In this document: positions 36,293-47,500 of the stretch, piece after piece
Numbering within the stretch: the stretch's first letter is position 1
Layout: each line of letters begins with the position of its first letter
Assembly (NCBI GenBank): GCA_010909165.1
Contig: MU008228.1
Span: forward strand, 64,818-128,817
Origin: Anthoceros angustus
Lineage: Eukaryota > Plantae > Anthocerotophyta
Direction: 5' to 3'
DNA: 64,000 nucleotides
Notes under the pieces: model-generated
The model's input: the letters and a program-made list of their open reading frames with translations, nothing else
Databases searched by the model: none
Told to the model about the DNA's origin: nothing
Program-made: the position numbers and the translations under genes

Positions 36293-38214
36293 GTTTGGCA
36301 AGCCAGGTGTAGCCCATGGGAATACACTATGTGCTTTGAGCACTCATACAAATATAGGACTGCAGCAAAATGATACTATTGCAATGCCCAGTGACGTTCT
36401 GTCATCCTTAAAAGCCTATGACAAGCAGGGGGCTCTATCTTGTGAGTGATAATTTATACATATTATAGAAAATTAGTGAGTAAATTACATATTATTTCAA
36501 TCAAGAAAAGGTCATACTATATATGTTGAAAAGACAACTTAAACTAATAACTGAAAAGACATGTCTATTCAACCTAGGGACACAACCCTAATGAACGGGT
36601 ATCAGCTGGATAACTAATAATGATTAATTACTAATGACATTATCCACTAAACCCTAATCATGATACAACACTATTATTTCTACACTCCCACTTGTTGATC
36701 ATGAGGAAAGGACAGTCTTCACTCTCGCAAGTTCCTTGTGAGACTGTTGTTCAAGCTAAGGATCGTCCAAGTCCAGTCACGCCCAAGCACACTGTGTACG
36801 TTTGAGTCTGAGCTTAGGCTTCGGCTTCCCAAGACTTTGCGCTCATAAGCAACTCAAGTGTGAAGTCGTCTGCGGCAAGGTGCACTTCTTTCTTTACCGC
36901 GAACATACGCGCTGTGTTTCATTGTGCCTTCTTGTGGGAAGGAGAAGACGGCGTGATCTCACGGTCTTCTTCTGAGTTTGCGTCTCCGCCTCCCAAACGC
37001 CGATGTCAGCCCCGCAACAGTCTCGGCCGGTTTGCTTCAACTAGAACAGCTGCTCAAGCTTCTCGCATGAATGTTGATGCAACTGTGTCGGAACGAAAAC
37101 GCCCAAGAGGCTGCCCTCGGGGCACAACTCGAGAATTTCTGGCTAACAGAGTTGTTGCGATAGCTCCGGTTCCTCTCACTGGTGCGGCTGCTACTGGACA
37201 AAAGCACGAGATGGGTGCCTACTCACAGCCGGCTAAATCAGGTGAAAGGTGTCTGCCAAAAGTCTCTTGTGCTTAGCACAGGTGCAAAGAAAACGAGTTT
37301 GAATACTCAGAGCTGGAATTCCACCAAGCTGTTCTCTGAAAATTCCCTGTCCCTTCAAACATCACGCAGGAGACAAAGATTGTGACGCTCGGCAACTGCA
37401 AGCAGCCATGTTCTCCTCTCTGGTACAAGTGTGATTACTTCAGGGTGAAGATGATCAGGGTTCCCGTTGTTGCATGTCAGGAATTTTCTGGCCATGTAAT
37501 AAGCTATTACAGTGAGTCTCCTGCCATCAAATTTTCCTTAGAAGCCTTTCTTACTAGCATATTATCACTAACTCCCACTTGCTGTGAACAGGGTGTTGAA
37601 TAGATAACCATCTCGGGTTAAATATACCTAGTTAATTAGGTTAAATACATTATACTATAAATACTCTTGGTGCTTCATGTTTCAATTATTCACGCTTTTC
37701 ATATTCCTCCTATCCATAAGCATACGTTACTATCAAGCTACCGATGCTCTATGGATCGGATCATGGTATCAGAGCTTGATGCCATGTACGATTTTTGTTT
37801 CTTGTGCAATGCCTCACAGGAAGGAATCACGTGCACCACCTCCATCGCGTGATGTTTTTCCACGCCACTGTATAGGATTGCAGTGGATTCCACCAATGCG
37901 TGACGGGCCATGGGATCAATACTTTTGTTAAAATCCTAGCAGTAGGATTGTGCATCCCTTACATCTAGTCTAGCATGATTGAGATGCTACATTCTCGAAG
38001 ATATTTTGTGGTATTCTCTCTATGTCAAAAATGTATACAAAGTACGTCTTAAATAGTGTTTGTGGGTGTCTCTTCCGAAGAGGCACACCCGTTCGTAATT
38101 ACTAATTACTATTAGTTACGATCTACGGTAACTAGTTGGACGGCGAGGTTACGGACAGATTATCCATTTCGTAACACTCCCTCTTAAGCTGGACGTAACC
38201 TACAGCAATGGGAG

Positions 38215-39576
38215 CTATCTCCCATGGAGCGCGATGCTCCTCTTTGGTGCGCTCCCTTTGAAGGCTAAGGAAAGCCTGTACAAGCCGTCTTGGGGTACGG
38301 CACTGAATAGGCACAAGTCAGGACTTGTGGTCCTGGAAAAGTAGCATGACCCCCTTGAAACAAGCATCTCAAGATCGCCTTGCTTCAGCAGCTGAGTCAT
38401 GGAGATCAAGTTCTTGCCCATTTGCAGGACGAGGAGCACAGGCTCCAAGGTAAGCACCGAACCATCCTTGAGAGGAAATTCGCAAGTGCCTTGTCCCGCG
38501 ATTGGCAGGCTAGATCTACTCAATTCATCACCGAGTAACACCCTTTCCTTGAGAGGATGAGTATTCAGCTTGGTGAATAGAGTACGGTCGTTGCATACGT
38601 GGGCAGTGGCTCCACTGTCCAGATACCACCCCGCATCCTTATGCAACTCGGTGTTGAGGCAAACCATAAGTATCTTTACGGTTTTTCTCTCCGTTGTGCT
38701 GGCGCTCCCTTTAACTGCAACGCTGGCTGCCTGTCTCAAGTCAGCCTTATGCGGCTCTCCAGCCTCTTTCTTGCGGCACTCTCGTGCCCAATGGCCGGCG
38801 GCTCCGCACCAGTGGCAGTTACCAGCTCGGCGAGGAGGGGCAGAGGTTGAGTCACCTTTAGGGGTGAGTTTCGCCTTGCCCTTCGAATTCCTCCCGGGCT
38901 CGAAATGGGTGGAAAGCGCCCTGTCTGCATCGGGCTTGGACCCTCCTGCAGAGCTAAGGCGGCTCGCCCCGCCGACATGAGCACCAATAATATCTTCCAC
39001 TGTGAGGGTGGAGGGTGTACCTGACTTACCATGAGTCGATACCAACATCAGGCTGGTCACGAAGTTGTGGTAAGACGGTGGTAAGCTCATTAGCAGCTGT
39101 GCAGCGGCATCGGTCTCCGACATGGTTGAGCCAAGGGAGGCGAGTTGCCCTCGCAGCTGTCTGAACTTCGAGGTGTGGGCAGAAATCGCATCGGTCTCCT
39201 TCATCCTCAAGGAGTTGAATTCCTGCCGTACACTGTACAAGGTTAGAACATTGTTAACATTGTAGGTGTTAGATAGCTGGTCCCAGATGGCAGAAGCCTC
39301 CTTGAGGAACTCCACGCTGGGCACCAGGCTTGAGTCGAGTCCGCTGATGAGGAGGGCAATTGCAATCCCATTCAAGTAGTCCCATCGTTCAATGTCAGCG
39401 ACTGACGGGGGAGGTGTGGCTGAAGAGTTAGGCTTCGGAAGGGTGCCGTCAACAATCTTCCAAACACCTCGACCTATCAGTATGGACTTCATGCGAACTC
39501 GCCACACAGGGTAGTGTTGGCCATTGAATCTATCTTTCTCTTTGATCTGGTCGGTGAAGAACGGTACTACTCCCAC
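38215..39576 (-). CDS. Gag plus aspartic protease of element B
   Basis: KEKDRFNG...WRVRM, CHWCGAAGHWAREC, WYLDSGATAHVC. Confidence 0.9.
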   Translation of the reverse strand: MGVVPFFTDQIKEKDRFNGQHYPVWRVRMKSILIGRGVWKIVDGTLPKPNSSATPPPSVADIERWDYLNGIAIALLISGLDSSLVPSVEFLKEASAIWDQLSNTYNVNNVLTLYSVRQEFNSLRMKETDAISAHTSKFRQLRGQLASLGSTMSETDAAAQLLMSLPPSYHNFVTSLMLVSTHGKSGTPSTLTVEDIIGAHVGGASRLSSAGGSKPDADRALSTHFEPGRNSKGKAKLTPKGDSTSAPPRRAGNCHWCGAAGHWARECRKKEAGEPHKADLRQAASVAVKGSASTTERKTVKILMVCLNTELHKDAGWYLDSGATAHVCNDRTLFTKLNTHPLKERVLLGDELSRSSLPIAGQGTCEFPLKDGSVLTLEPVLLVLQMGKNLISMTQLLKQGDLEMLVSRGSCYFSRTTSPDLCLFSAVPQDGLYRLSLAFKGSAPKRSIALHGR

Positions 39577-40507
39577 AGGGGAGGCATCTTAGCCATGGGA
39601 GCGATGGCGTCGGCGAAAGCGAGTTGAAGTGTTGTATAAGTTGATTCACCACGCCTCGTAAGTTGTGGTCATAAAACTTCAAGTTGAATCCTCGTCGGGT
39701 TGTTGGTGTGGCAGGTGAACAAAGGAATCTCTCCTCCACGAATGCCGACAAAAGATCCTTGAAGAAAACAATATCCCCCTCTTGCTTGCTTTTAACTCTC
39801 CACTTTCTTCTCTTTTTTTTTTCCTGTTCCACCGGGCTTGAGTCGAGTCCGTGATGAGGAGGGCAATTGCAATCCCATTCAAGTAGTCCCATCTGTCAAT
39901 ATCAGCAACTGATGGGGGAGGTGTGGCTGAGGAGTTAGGCTTCGGAAGGGTGCCGTCAACAATCTTCCAAACACCTCGACCTATCAGTATGGACTTCATG
40001 CGAACTCGCCACACAGGGTAGTGTTGGCCATTGAATCTATCTTTCTCTTTGATCTGGTCGGTGAAGAACGGTACTACTCCCACAGGGGAGGAAGTACTGC
40101 TAGCCATGGGAGCAGTAGCGTCGAGCGAAAGCGAGTTGAAGTGTTGTATAAGTTGATTCACCACGTCTCTGTAAGTTGTGGTCATAAAACTTCAAGTTGA
40201 ATCCTCGTCGCGGGTTGTTGGTGTGGCAGGTGAACAAAGGAATCTCTCCTCCACGAGTGCCGACAAAAGATCCTTGAAGAAAACAATATCCCCCTCTTGC
40301 TTGCTTTTAACTGCTCTCCACTTTCTTCTCTTTTTTTTTTTTCCTGTTCCACTGGGGCTTGCTTCCTTGCTCCTTTGTCCTTTTTTTTTTTTTTTGGCTC
40401 CGCTATATGCCTTTATATTTCAGGTGAATATATATGTGTAGAGATACATATATATGCTACTTTGAAACTCTTTAAGTAGAAGTGAAAACCGTGCAATTGC
40501 AACCAAG

Positions 40508-40578
40508 ACAGGTTAGTCTGGTGGCAAGTCCATTGACCTAGAAGGCGGAGGTTGCAGGTTCAAAACCTGCAAGCCTCA
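40508..40578 (+). ncRNA. tRNA-like sequence (Pol III A/B boxes) inside element B
   Basis: A-box-like TAGTCTGGTGG and a perfect T-arm GCAGG-TTCAAAA-CCTGC. Acceptor and anticodon stems are degenerate. Confidence 0.45.
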
Positions 40579-42740
40579 GAGGAAATCTTATTTTGAAAAA
40601 GAAACCAGTGGGGGGATAAGGGGGGGGAGGCCCGTTCCGCGCGGGAGCGGTCGCGCCGTTCCGCGCGGGAGCGGGCGCGCCCGTTCCGCCGGGTCGCGCC
40701 GTTCCGTGCGGGCGCGCCCCTGCGCGCTGTTCCGCCTGGGCGCGGGGGTTACCACGCCGTTTCGGCCGTGGCTCTGCGACGCGCACCAGCGCCCGGGGGG
40801 GATCCTCCCGCGGTGCGCCTCCCACGCACCCTGCCCACCGTGCTCCGGGCACGATTCAGCGCTGCGGTTTCAGAGGTGAGGTCGCCCCGCCAGGGCGCAC
40901 CTCCTGCGCCCGCAACCGGAGCGCCACGCGGCGCACGGTGTGCGCAATCAGGCAGGGTACAGCGCCTCCGGCCGCATTGCCTGCATGCACACACCCCCTA
41001 AATGGGGTCTGTGGAGCGCGCCGTTCACCCTGAGGTGAGGGCGCTGCCTCTCTTGGCTCGCGGCTGGGGTGAGGGAGGCAAGGATTGCCGCTCCTCCCGC
41101 CCGCAATTGCTGGCCAAATCTCGATTTTCGTGTGCCTGCAACAAGCAGACGCGCACCAAGATAGCTTCAATCCGGCGGAGGGAGGACTTCAATTCTCGTG
41201 CAAGTTTGTTGAATTCCAGCCTATTGATGGAATTCACAGCATCATGTTGTCTTGCAGGTGTAATTGGTGGGGGCCGTAGGTCCAAGCTTGCTTGCAGGTC
41301 CAGATCACGGTGCCGGCGGTGGTAGAAATTGTGAAGAAATCTGTCTCCGCACGCCTGAGATGGTGGGCCTGAACGCAACGATGGAGCCTCACGGCAGCGG
41401 GTGCACAAGGCTATTGTAGGCTCGTGGGTCATTCTTCGTCGAGGCAGCCATGTGCCTTGGTTTGCATGCCACGGCAGCTCTCCATGTTGAGAGCTTCTAC
41501 GATGGGGCTGCCGCCACGGCATCTCCCCTAGACTCCTGTAGGATCATAAGCGTGAACCATGCTCTGATACCATGTTAAAATCCTAGCAGTAGGATTGTGC
41601 ATCCCTTGCATCTAGTCTAGTATGATTGAGATGCTACATTCTCGAAGATATTTTGTGGTATTCTCTCTATGTCAAAAATGTATACAAAGTACGTCTTAAA
41701 TAGTGTTTGTGGGTGTCTCTTCCGAAGAGGCACACCCGTTCGTAATTACTAATTACTCTTAGTTACGATCTACGGTAACTAGTTGGACGGCGAGGTTACG
41801 GACAGATTATCCATTTCGTAACAACTTTGATGAGTATCGCACCATGATCCGCGCACATTGGTATAGGCAAGCACAAGAACGAAGACAGTGCCGCAATCAA
41901 TTGAGAGACAACCATTCTGATAGAAATTTGCAGAGAAATCGGAGAACCCGAAGGGATCCATCAATTTATGATAATCTGCAGAATTCTAAATTGAAGGAAA
42001 AGTTTCTAAACTTAGATGAAGCGATTTTAGATGAGGAGAATAATGATGATGTTCCAGCTTCTGACGAATCACTGTCGAAATTGATTCATTACTATTACGG
42101 CAGAATTGACAATCGCATCTCACAGTTGATTGCAAGGCAAGACCTGTTTCTCACAGCTTTACACGATATGGAGAAGAGAATGCAGCATGGAATGGATCAG
42201 TGCAGCAAGGACATCAGCAATGGTGTGTCGGCTACTCAGAATCTGATCCAGTTATTTCTACAGTATGCTGATGTAAAGTTGATACAGAAATTGGGTCAAT
42301 CAGGGCAGAGCCATGCAGATCATGTTCTTTGAATTTCGCTGCCTGTGGAGGGGACCATTGGAGTGACGCGCAGCAATTTGGCGTCCACTTCTGTCACACT
42401 GGAGCAGTGAATTGTGTGATTGTGTCATCAGATCAGATGCGTTCTATGTACAACTCATCCAGTTTCATCTTTGCTGCCACTTGACAGTTGAGCGGTTATT
42501 TCCCCTGCCACCAGAATGTCACCAGAACACTTTCATTAGATTTTAGGGCACGTTTCAAAATTTAGGTCAGTTTTTCTTAATTAGTTTTTTAGGGCCTTTT
42601 TCATAATAGTTTTGGATAGTTACTTTAGATATGAACCATCACCTCCTTGTTCGTTGACATTTTCCCGTAGCTGTCTGTAAACACTCTTCCTTGTAGCAGT
42701 CTTACAGCCCCTTTGCGCACTTGATATCCTGCATTTCACC

Positions 42741-44530
42741 ATGTCAACTCCCTCATTTACGTCTGACATAAAGGATAAAGACCGCTTTAATGGAACGAGA
42801 TTTGACATCTGGAAGGTTCGCATGAAAACTACCTTGGTAGCTGGTGGCATCTGGAATGTTGTTGATGGTTCCTACAAGGATCCTGGTGTACCTGGTGCAA
42901 CAGGAGTTCCTACAACTGTCACTCAAGCTGACAAGGACAAATGGGATGGCTTCAATAGCATTGCTATTGCTCTCTTGGTCAACGGCTTGGATGCTGACCT
43001 CATTCCTGAAACTGAATACTTGGTTAATGCCAAGGATATATGGGACCAATTGTCAAACACTTACAAGGTTCAGAATATGATGACTCTTTGCGCAGTTTGC
43101 CTTGAACTCTGCAGCCTGCGGATGAGAGACGGTGAATCTGTGTCACATCATATTAGCCAGTTTCGACGTTTGCGATCCCAACTCAACGCACTTGGGAGTC
43201 CTATGACTGAGGCTGACGTAGTGGCACAGTTTCTGGTCAGCCTCCCCACAAGCTATCAAACTTTTGTTACCACTCAAAATATGCCTATTGCTCTTCCTGG
43301 ACAGTCCCTACCAGCTGGTTCTCCAACCCCTTCGCTGGAGGCTGTGGTGGGAGCACTATACCAAGAAGAACAAACACGATTTATGAGAGGGCAGCAAAAG
43401 CAACATAAAACTGACAAAGTTTTCTCAGCAACTCGAGGCCGAGGTAGAGGAAGGGGAAGACATCCGAATCAACGTGCTGGCTTTGGTTCGTACATACCTA
43501 GCAACACTGGTTCATCTTCCTCTGCTACGAAACGACAAGGTACATGCAATTGGTGTGGTACTCCAGGGCATTGGGCACGGGAATGCCGGAAAAAGAAAGC
43601 CGGCGAGCCCCAACGGGCTTCTTCTCGACCCTCTGCACATACAGTCACACAACAATGTAGTCAGGACAGACAGTCCTCAACAACATCCACAAATTCAGGC
43701 AAGCCAGTAGTAAAGATCCTTACTGTTTGTCTTAACACTTTAACGAGTGAGGTGGATTGTTGGTTTTTGGACTCAGGGGCAACAGCCCATATCTGTCGGG
43801 ATGAATCTCTCTGTACCAGTTTAACCCTATCAGCCGTTGCTGAAAAAGTATACTTGGGTGATGAGAGTGTAGGGAGTAGTCTTCAGATCCTTGGTAGAGG
43901 AGTCTGTAATTTTCCCTTACACGATGATAGCGTGTTAGTCCTCCCAGACGTCTTGTATGTACCTAAGATGGCTAAGAATTTAATGTCACTTAGCAGATTG
44001 ATGAAAATGAAGGATTTAGTCCTTACCGTCTCAGAAGCCACTTGTTGTTTCTCTAGACGTAGTGCCCCAGCCATATGTATCTTCAAAGCTTTTGTAGATT
44101 CAGAATTGTACCGTCTTGACATTTCCTGCCTCCGACGACAGCAAGCATGTTCCACCACAGTTGGCAGCTTAACAGCTATCCAGCAGGCCAAGCTGTGGCA
44201 TGCACGCCTGGGCCATGCTAACAGAACTAAATTGATTGATGCCTCTAAGCAGGACTGCTATCGTGAGCCTCTCCCACGTTGTTTCAAGGAGCTGCCTATT
44301 TGTGAAGTTTGCACCCTTGCAAAGCAACGAGAGACTCCTTTTCCAAGAGCACCTGCACACAAGTCAACATCAGTCCTCGACCTCGTGCACACAGACATAT
44401 CAGGCAGGCTACAGATTCCGTCACTTGGAGGTGCAGCCTACTTTCTTACTTTAACTGATGACTATAGCCGGTATACGTGGACATACCCGATGCACCATAA
44501 GAATGATACATTCCCCATCTTCAAGGATTG
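42741..44530 (+). CDS. Element A polyprotein, 5' part (gag, zinc knuckle, protease, integrase N-terminus)
   Basis: CNWCGTPGHWAREC, WFLDSGATAH, LWHARLGH...CEVC, LVHTD...LTDDYSRYTW. Confidence 0.93.
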
Positions 44531-47500
44531 AGTTAGAAGTACAGACCGCGTTGGTTGTGGTTACCTTAGCTAAACCCAGCATGGTCATACCCTTTGGTAT
44601 CTAGTACCGAAGAGGTACAACTCTTCAGACACAGGCTATAAAAGCCCACCTCTTGTAATCAATTGTATCAATTAGTAAAAGCACTATCTTTGATCAAACG
44701 CTTCCGCAAAGCACCTCAAACTTGGTATCAGAGCATAGTTTGATTACTAAGTCCACCATGCATTATGATGTGAATCTAGATGTTCTTCTAACATGCAACG
44801 TCTTTCCAATGTTTTTGGTATTTGTAATTTGAAGCTATTTTATACTTATTCATAGTTTCACTTATATTCAACCAAACATGTTTTTTCTAATAAAATATTT
44901 TGGCTTCTTTTATGATTAACCTTTATATTCATTAAAGTTTCATGGCTCATTGCCACACAACCATTCTTCCTTGCACAAGACTTTGTTCCTTTCTCATTTC
45001 ACTTAAAGTTACAACATGGCAAGAACGCATTCAAAGAATAAATCTAGTGCTAGAAGACTTAGAGATCACAACAGAGGTGGTTATCACCACTCCTCTTGTT
45101 TATCAACACGAGCCTCTATCTCTAGAAATCTTCTGCAATTAGGAACAACAATTGAATTCTCTCTTTTCTTGAGACAATGGAAGGAAGAACTTTCATTCTC
45201 TACTTGTCCAAACTTTGATGTCAAATCTTCCTAAAGGATGTTGGTCAAGAAGCTCAGATTCAAGTCTACAACGGTATTGTGGAGATGTATCCTCAACACC
45301 ATTATCTTCTTTTAACATAACCTCACCTCGATATACTCACACACCATTCTCTCTTCAAAATCGTCATCTACAAATTCACCTCATGATCAACTACTATTAA
45401 CTTAAGAAGAAAGTGGTATTTTGATGGACGATCAAGATCGAAAGCCCCTCACGATCGACATTCACATGTTTTCTAAACAACAATGGTGGCCTTTTTCAAC
45501 ATCACACCAAGCATCGATCAAGATTTGAGACCTCACATCAGGCCCCTTGTGGACTCAATACACTCCTAGCCATGCAACAATTCCTATCAAGCCGCAGTGA
45601 TTCTACCGCAACTTTTCGAATTTAGGACTTCATGAGATCTATCATGGAGGTTTAGGTGGCTCGCCAATCAAAGACGCCCATCTACAAGCCTCTACAAGCG
45701 CCGAGCTCCCAATGCCGGGTTACCCTCATTCTCCATCGACCAGAGATTTGAACGGATGTCACACAAAGCTTTCGCCCGAGACTCAACAATTATGCTGCGC
45801 CCACCATCCAAAAGCATTGTTGATTTCGGAGTGCGTCAGGCGATTCGGCCCATTCTGCACGCCTCGCTTCGATCAATCATTGGATACCGCGCCAAATGCC
45901 TCCTTGTTTCTCTACCAGGCGCTGCTGCGCCCGTCGCCCGGCGCGCTTGATGGCGGTCTGCGGGCGATCGAGGGAGTCGATCCGCACCGCCTCAGTGCGC
46001 GCCCGAGGCGGAGATGCAACCCGCGCCCCCGCGCTCATCGCGACCCGGTGCCCTAAAATTGACAAAGTTTTTTCGCGTTCACCGCATTGAAACGCCGCTT
46101 TTTGGGTATGAAACGCCCCCGTTTCTTACTCGTTTCTATCCTTTGACATCCTTCGAGACTCTCCCTCCCTGACGTGACTTTGGTAGCTCGCCACCTCTTT
46201 TTAAAGCGCCACGGTTGGTTCTTCATCTTTGAATCAAACAAGAGCCCTTGTCGCGCGCCTTCCATCGGCGACATTGCTTCGGCTATTTTTATGAGCAAGC
46301 TGGTGCTACTGCTCAAGAGCTATTCCATTTGGAGTGTCATCACCTTTGGGATCATCTTCATCAGCTCTCTGAGTCGGTGCAGTCAGCTGCCCAAGCAGTT
46401 CGGCAACTTGCTACGGTCTATGCTCCTAGTGACCGCGGCATCGTTCACTGGGCTGTTTGACTTTTCATAATCATCCTTGGCCTTCGGGATCTTTAGCAAC
46501 GTAACATTTAATTTGCTCATAGTCAAGCGTTGCTATATATATCTGAAGACTTCTTAGCTTCTTGTCATAACTTGGAGTTGGCGTTCTATATATATATCTA
46601 TCACTTCTATCACGATGGCCACCTCTCCAAATGTGCCACCCATTCCCATCATCAATTATATGAATGTGACATCGATTTTAAGGAGAAGGACCGTTTGACG
46701 GCACTAAGTTGAAATATGGTCCAAGCGTATGCGTTCATCTTAAATACCGAGATCTAATTGGCATAGTTGATGGGCACCTCAAGCCCATCGGCCCTCGCTC
46801 GACTCTTGGATCAAACAAGACAGCTTGCACTTCACATTCTTATTTCGGGCCTTGGCGAAGTCACACTACATCATCTTGATGGGGCTACTCTGCTGCGAGG
46901 CATGGCGGCTAGTAGATATTTTCAATCTACCAATGTTATGACATTGCATGAATCTAATTTTATTCTTACGCATGCATAATAATGAGAGCATTGGTACTTA
47001 TGTTGGGAAGTTTCGATATCTTGGCCCAGTCGCTTAGGCACTCCTTATCGAATTTGAAGCTTGTGTCCAACTCGGCCTCCCTTCCCGCCACTTTTCAAGC
47101 ATTTGTGTCCTCTCGAATGGCACTCGAGAGGCTCATCAGCGGTAAAGGCGACACCCAACATTTCCATCTCCGAAATTGCGGCGCTCTCCTTCAAGAGGAG
47201 GCTTCCAGATTCAACGCCGGCACTTCGAAGCATGGTGGTGAACGAGTTATGTTCGTTAGCAAAGGCCGTCGCCACGCGTGACGCCGTCGTCCTCCTCCAC
47301 CTGAGAGACGGCCCTTCACTGCGCCTTCTCCGGCTCCTTCTCGCGGTCCTTCCTTCTCCAAGCCTGGTGGTTCCGAAGCCTGCATTTGCAACTGGTGCCG
47401 ATGCCACTGGAGCCCGACCGCTGCAAGAAGAAAGCTGGTGAGCCTCGACGTCCTTCCAAGTCTGCCAATATGGCCTCGACCTCCAAGCAGGAGCAGGCCG

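Larger units (their letters stand above)
37926..41823 (-). mobile_element. Non-autonomous gag/protease-only copia-derived LTR element B
   Basis: 251-bp LTRs at 37926-38176 and 41573-41823. TSD ACTTT. PBS complement at 41561-41572. ORF 38215-39576 (gag, CCHC, WYLDSGAT) ends ~40 bp before the 3' LTR, with no IN, RT or RH. Confidence 0.93.
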
